64,000 nt of DNA from positions 105,898,001 through 105,962,000 of the forward strand of contig NC_086097.1 of NCBI RefSeq assembly GCF_963921235.1, in the 5' to 3' direction. The notes under the pieces were generated by a model, which made no database searches, was not told the origin of the DNA, and saw only the letters and a program-made list of their open reading frames with translations. A program made the position numbers and the translations under genes. The stretch's first letter is position 1, and the number at the start of each line of letters is the position of its first letter. Below, one piece after another: positions 61,829-64,000 of the stretch. Source of the DNA: Mobula hypostoma (Eukaryota).

Positions 61829-62451
61829 TGGAGAGGTGAGGCGCAGTTTGCTGCAGGGTCATGTGACATGCCTGCTTCACAAAGACTATAACAGTTTCAG
61901 AGACATTCAATCTGCCAGTTGACAATTTATTGATAGTGTCGTATCAATAGATCTTTAATCTTTCAGGAAAGACAGCATATGCTGCCATGGCACTGGAAAT
62001 TTCTGGTTCGGGCCCTGCTTCCTCAGCCCACTCTGAGGAAAAGGAAAAGATACAGCAGGATAAATTGGCAGGCTCAGGTGGTTGTCAAAATAGTCAACTT
62101 CAATAAATTAAAATGAGTTGGAAACACAGATTCTGCTTAAAGAATATGATTTTGAAAAAGAGAGAAAAGGTGACTAAAGGGTATTAGTCAGAATTAAGGA
62201 TTCCAGAGGACTCGCTAGATAGAAAGGGCATGGAAGTTTGGAAAGCAGATTTTACACTCTGTTGCTGGTAGTTCCAGACTGAGTTGTCAGTGTGTGGTCA
62301 TTTAAATGGCATTTGGTTCAAGGCTTGGACACGTGTCATCAACCACTCAAGTTCCAGGTTAATTGGATTTGACCATGTGAATCTGTCGGTCCTCAAATTT
62401 GATGGATTTCAGGGATTTGGATTAGGAGGCAAATGGGAAGATAAACTGAGG

Positions 62452-62632
62452 TGGTACTGTAGCGTAGTGGTTAGCACAACGCTTCACAGTACAGTCAACG
62501 GGTTCAATTCCCGCTGCTGCCTGTAAGGAGTTTGCACCTTCTCCCTGATACTGTGTTGTTTTCCTCCAGGTTCTCTGGTTTCACCCACAGTCAATAGTCG
62601 TACCGGTTGGTAAGTTAATTGGTCATTGTAAA
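62452..62632 (+). mobile_element. V-type SINE cut off by the following Rex element
   Basis: TAGCGTAGTGG A box, GGTTCAATTCC B box, V domain. Confidence 0.8.
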
Positions 62633-64000
62633 TTACAAACAGAAATTGACGCGGGAGGTCACAGTGTCTAAAGTGGTGTCGTGTTGGATGGAGGAAACAG
62701 ATGAGGTCCTCTGTGACTGCTTTGAATTGGTGAACTGGTTAGTATTCAAGGACTCGGCAGCTAACCTCGATGAGTGTGCTTCAGCTGTCACGGACTTTAT
62801 TTGGAAATGCACAGAGGACTGTGTGTCTCTCAAGACGATCCGGTTATTCCTTAACCAGAAAGCTTGGATAAATTATGAGGTCAAGTCACTTTTGAAGGCT
62901 AGAGCTGCGGCTTTTAGGTACGGGGATACCAGTCGCTACACGGAATCCAGGTGTGAACTCCGGAAAGCCATTAAGGCCATCAAGAGGCAATATCGAGCCA
63001 AGTTGGAAGCCCAGGCTAACCAGAGGGATGCCGGTAGACTATGGCAAGGTCTAAATGAGATCACTGGGCGCAAAGAAAAGGCTGGGAATATCAAAAACTG
63101 TGGCGCTTCTCTTCCTGACGAACTTAACGTATTCTATGCAAGACTCGAATAGAAGAGGGGCATCCCGCTCCCTCCAGATGAACCGGACCTGGTGGCATCG
63201 AGATTCGTCGTCACTGAGAAGGACGTTAGAAGGGCCTTCCTGAAGATAAATCCAAGGAAGGTGAAGGGCCCAGATGGCGTCCCAGGACGGGTTCTTCGGG
63301 CCTGTGAAAGTGAGCTACCTGGAGTGTTTGCTGACATCTTCAACTGCTCCTTGCTTCAGTCTAAGATCCCCTTGTGTTTTATGAAAGCAACGATAATCCC
63401 GGTGCCGAAGAAGAGCAAGGTGGCATGCCGGAGTGACTATCGACCTGTGGCTCTGACATCAATTGCTATGAAGTGCTTCAAGCGATTGGTTATGGCACAC
63501 ATCAACCTACAGCCTACCGATCAACCTCGACGCTTTGCAATTCGCCAATCAGAGCAACAGGTCAACGGCAGATGCCACCTCTATGGCCCTACATTCCTCC
63601 TTAGAACACCTGGAGAATAAAGACACATATGTAAGGCTCCTTTTCATTGACTACAGCTCTGCCTTTAATACCATCATTCCAAATAAACTGATTCCCAAGC
63701 TCCGGAACCTGGGCCTTAGCACTGAGATCTGCAGCTGGATCTTCAGCTTCCTCACAGACAGGACCCAGGCTGTAAAAATAGGGGACAAGCTCTCCTCTAC
63801 AATCACTCTGAGCACCGGTGCCCCACAAGGCTTTGTACTCGGCCTCCTGCTGTACTCACTGTACACCCATGATTGTGTAGCCAAACTTCCATCGAACTCA
63901 ATATATAATTTTGCTGATGACACAACAATTGTAGGCCATATCTCAGGTAATGATGAGTTTGAGAACAGAGAGGAAATTAAGAACCTGGTGGCATGGTGCA
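62633..64000 (+). mobile_element. 5'-truncated Rex1/Babar LINE running off the window
   Basis: [46 protein letters not shown]. Confidence 0.92.

Noticed and set aside
61529..61925. Cys/Val and His/Thr-rich ORFs
   Set aside because: Translations of the (TG)n microsatellite.

Overview
Eukaryotic (vertebrate) intergenic or intronic DNA made almost entirely of transposable elements. No host protein-coding gene can be supported. The repeat set (CR1 LINEs with esterase ORF1, Rex1/Babar LINEs, V-type and CORE-type tRNA SINEs, two Penelope-like clades, Gypsy LTR elements, hAT and Tc1 derivatives) suggests a cartilaginous fish, probably a ray; this is inference. Main observations: (1) Minimal type-I hammerhead ribozyme motifs sit in the pseudo-LTRs of two Penelope-like families. 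Two copies have an intact core, and decay of one CpG decides whether the core survives. (2) Several short fold-back Penelope insertions are present; two have 14-bp TSDs and one sits inside a Gypsy integrase. (3) A Gmr1-like Gypsy provirus has a SCAN-like gag, PR-IN-(RT deleted)-RH order, tRNA-Pro PBS, PPT and 4-bp TSD. (4) Two composite hAT elements combine Buster/Charlie ends, a Blackjack-like module and a CR1 tail. (5) Deep TE-in-TE nesting has junctions that can be resolved. Most ORFs in the supplied track are TE fragments or their antisense shadows. Boundaries of degenerate repeats are approximate.
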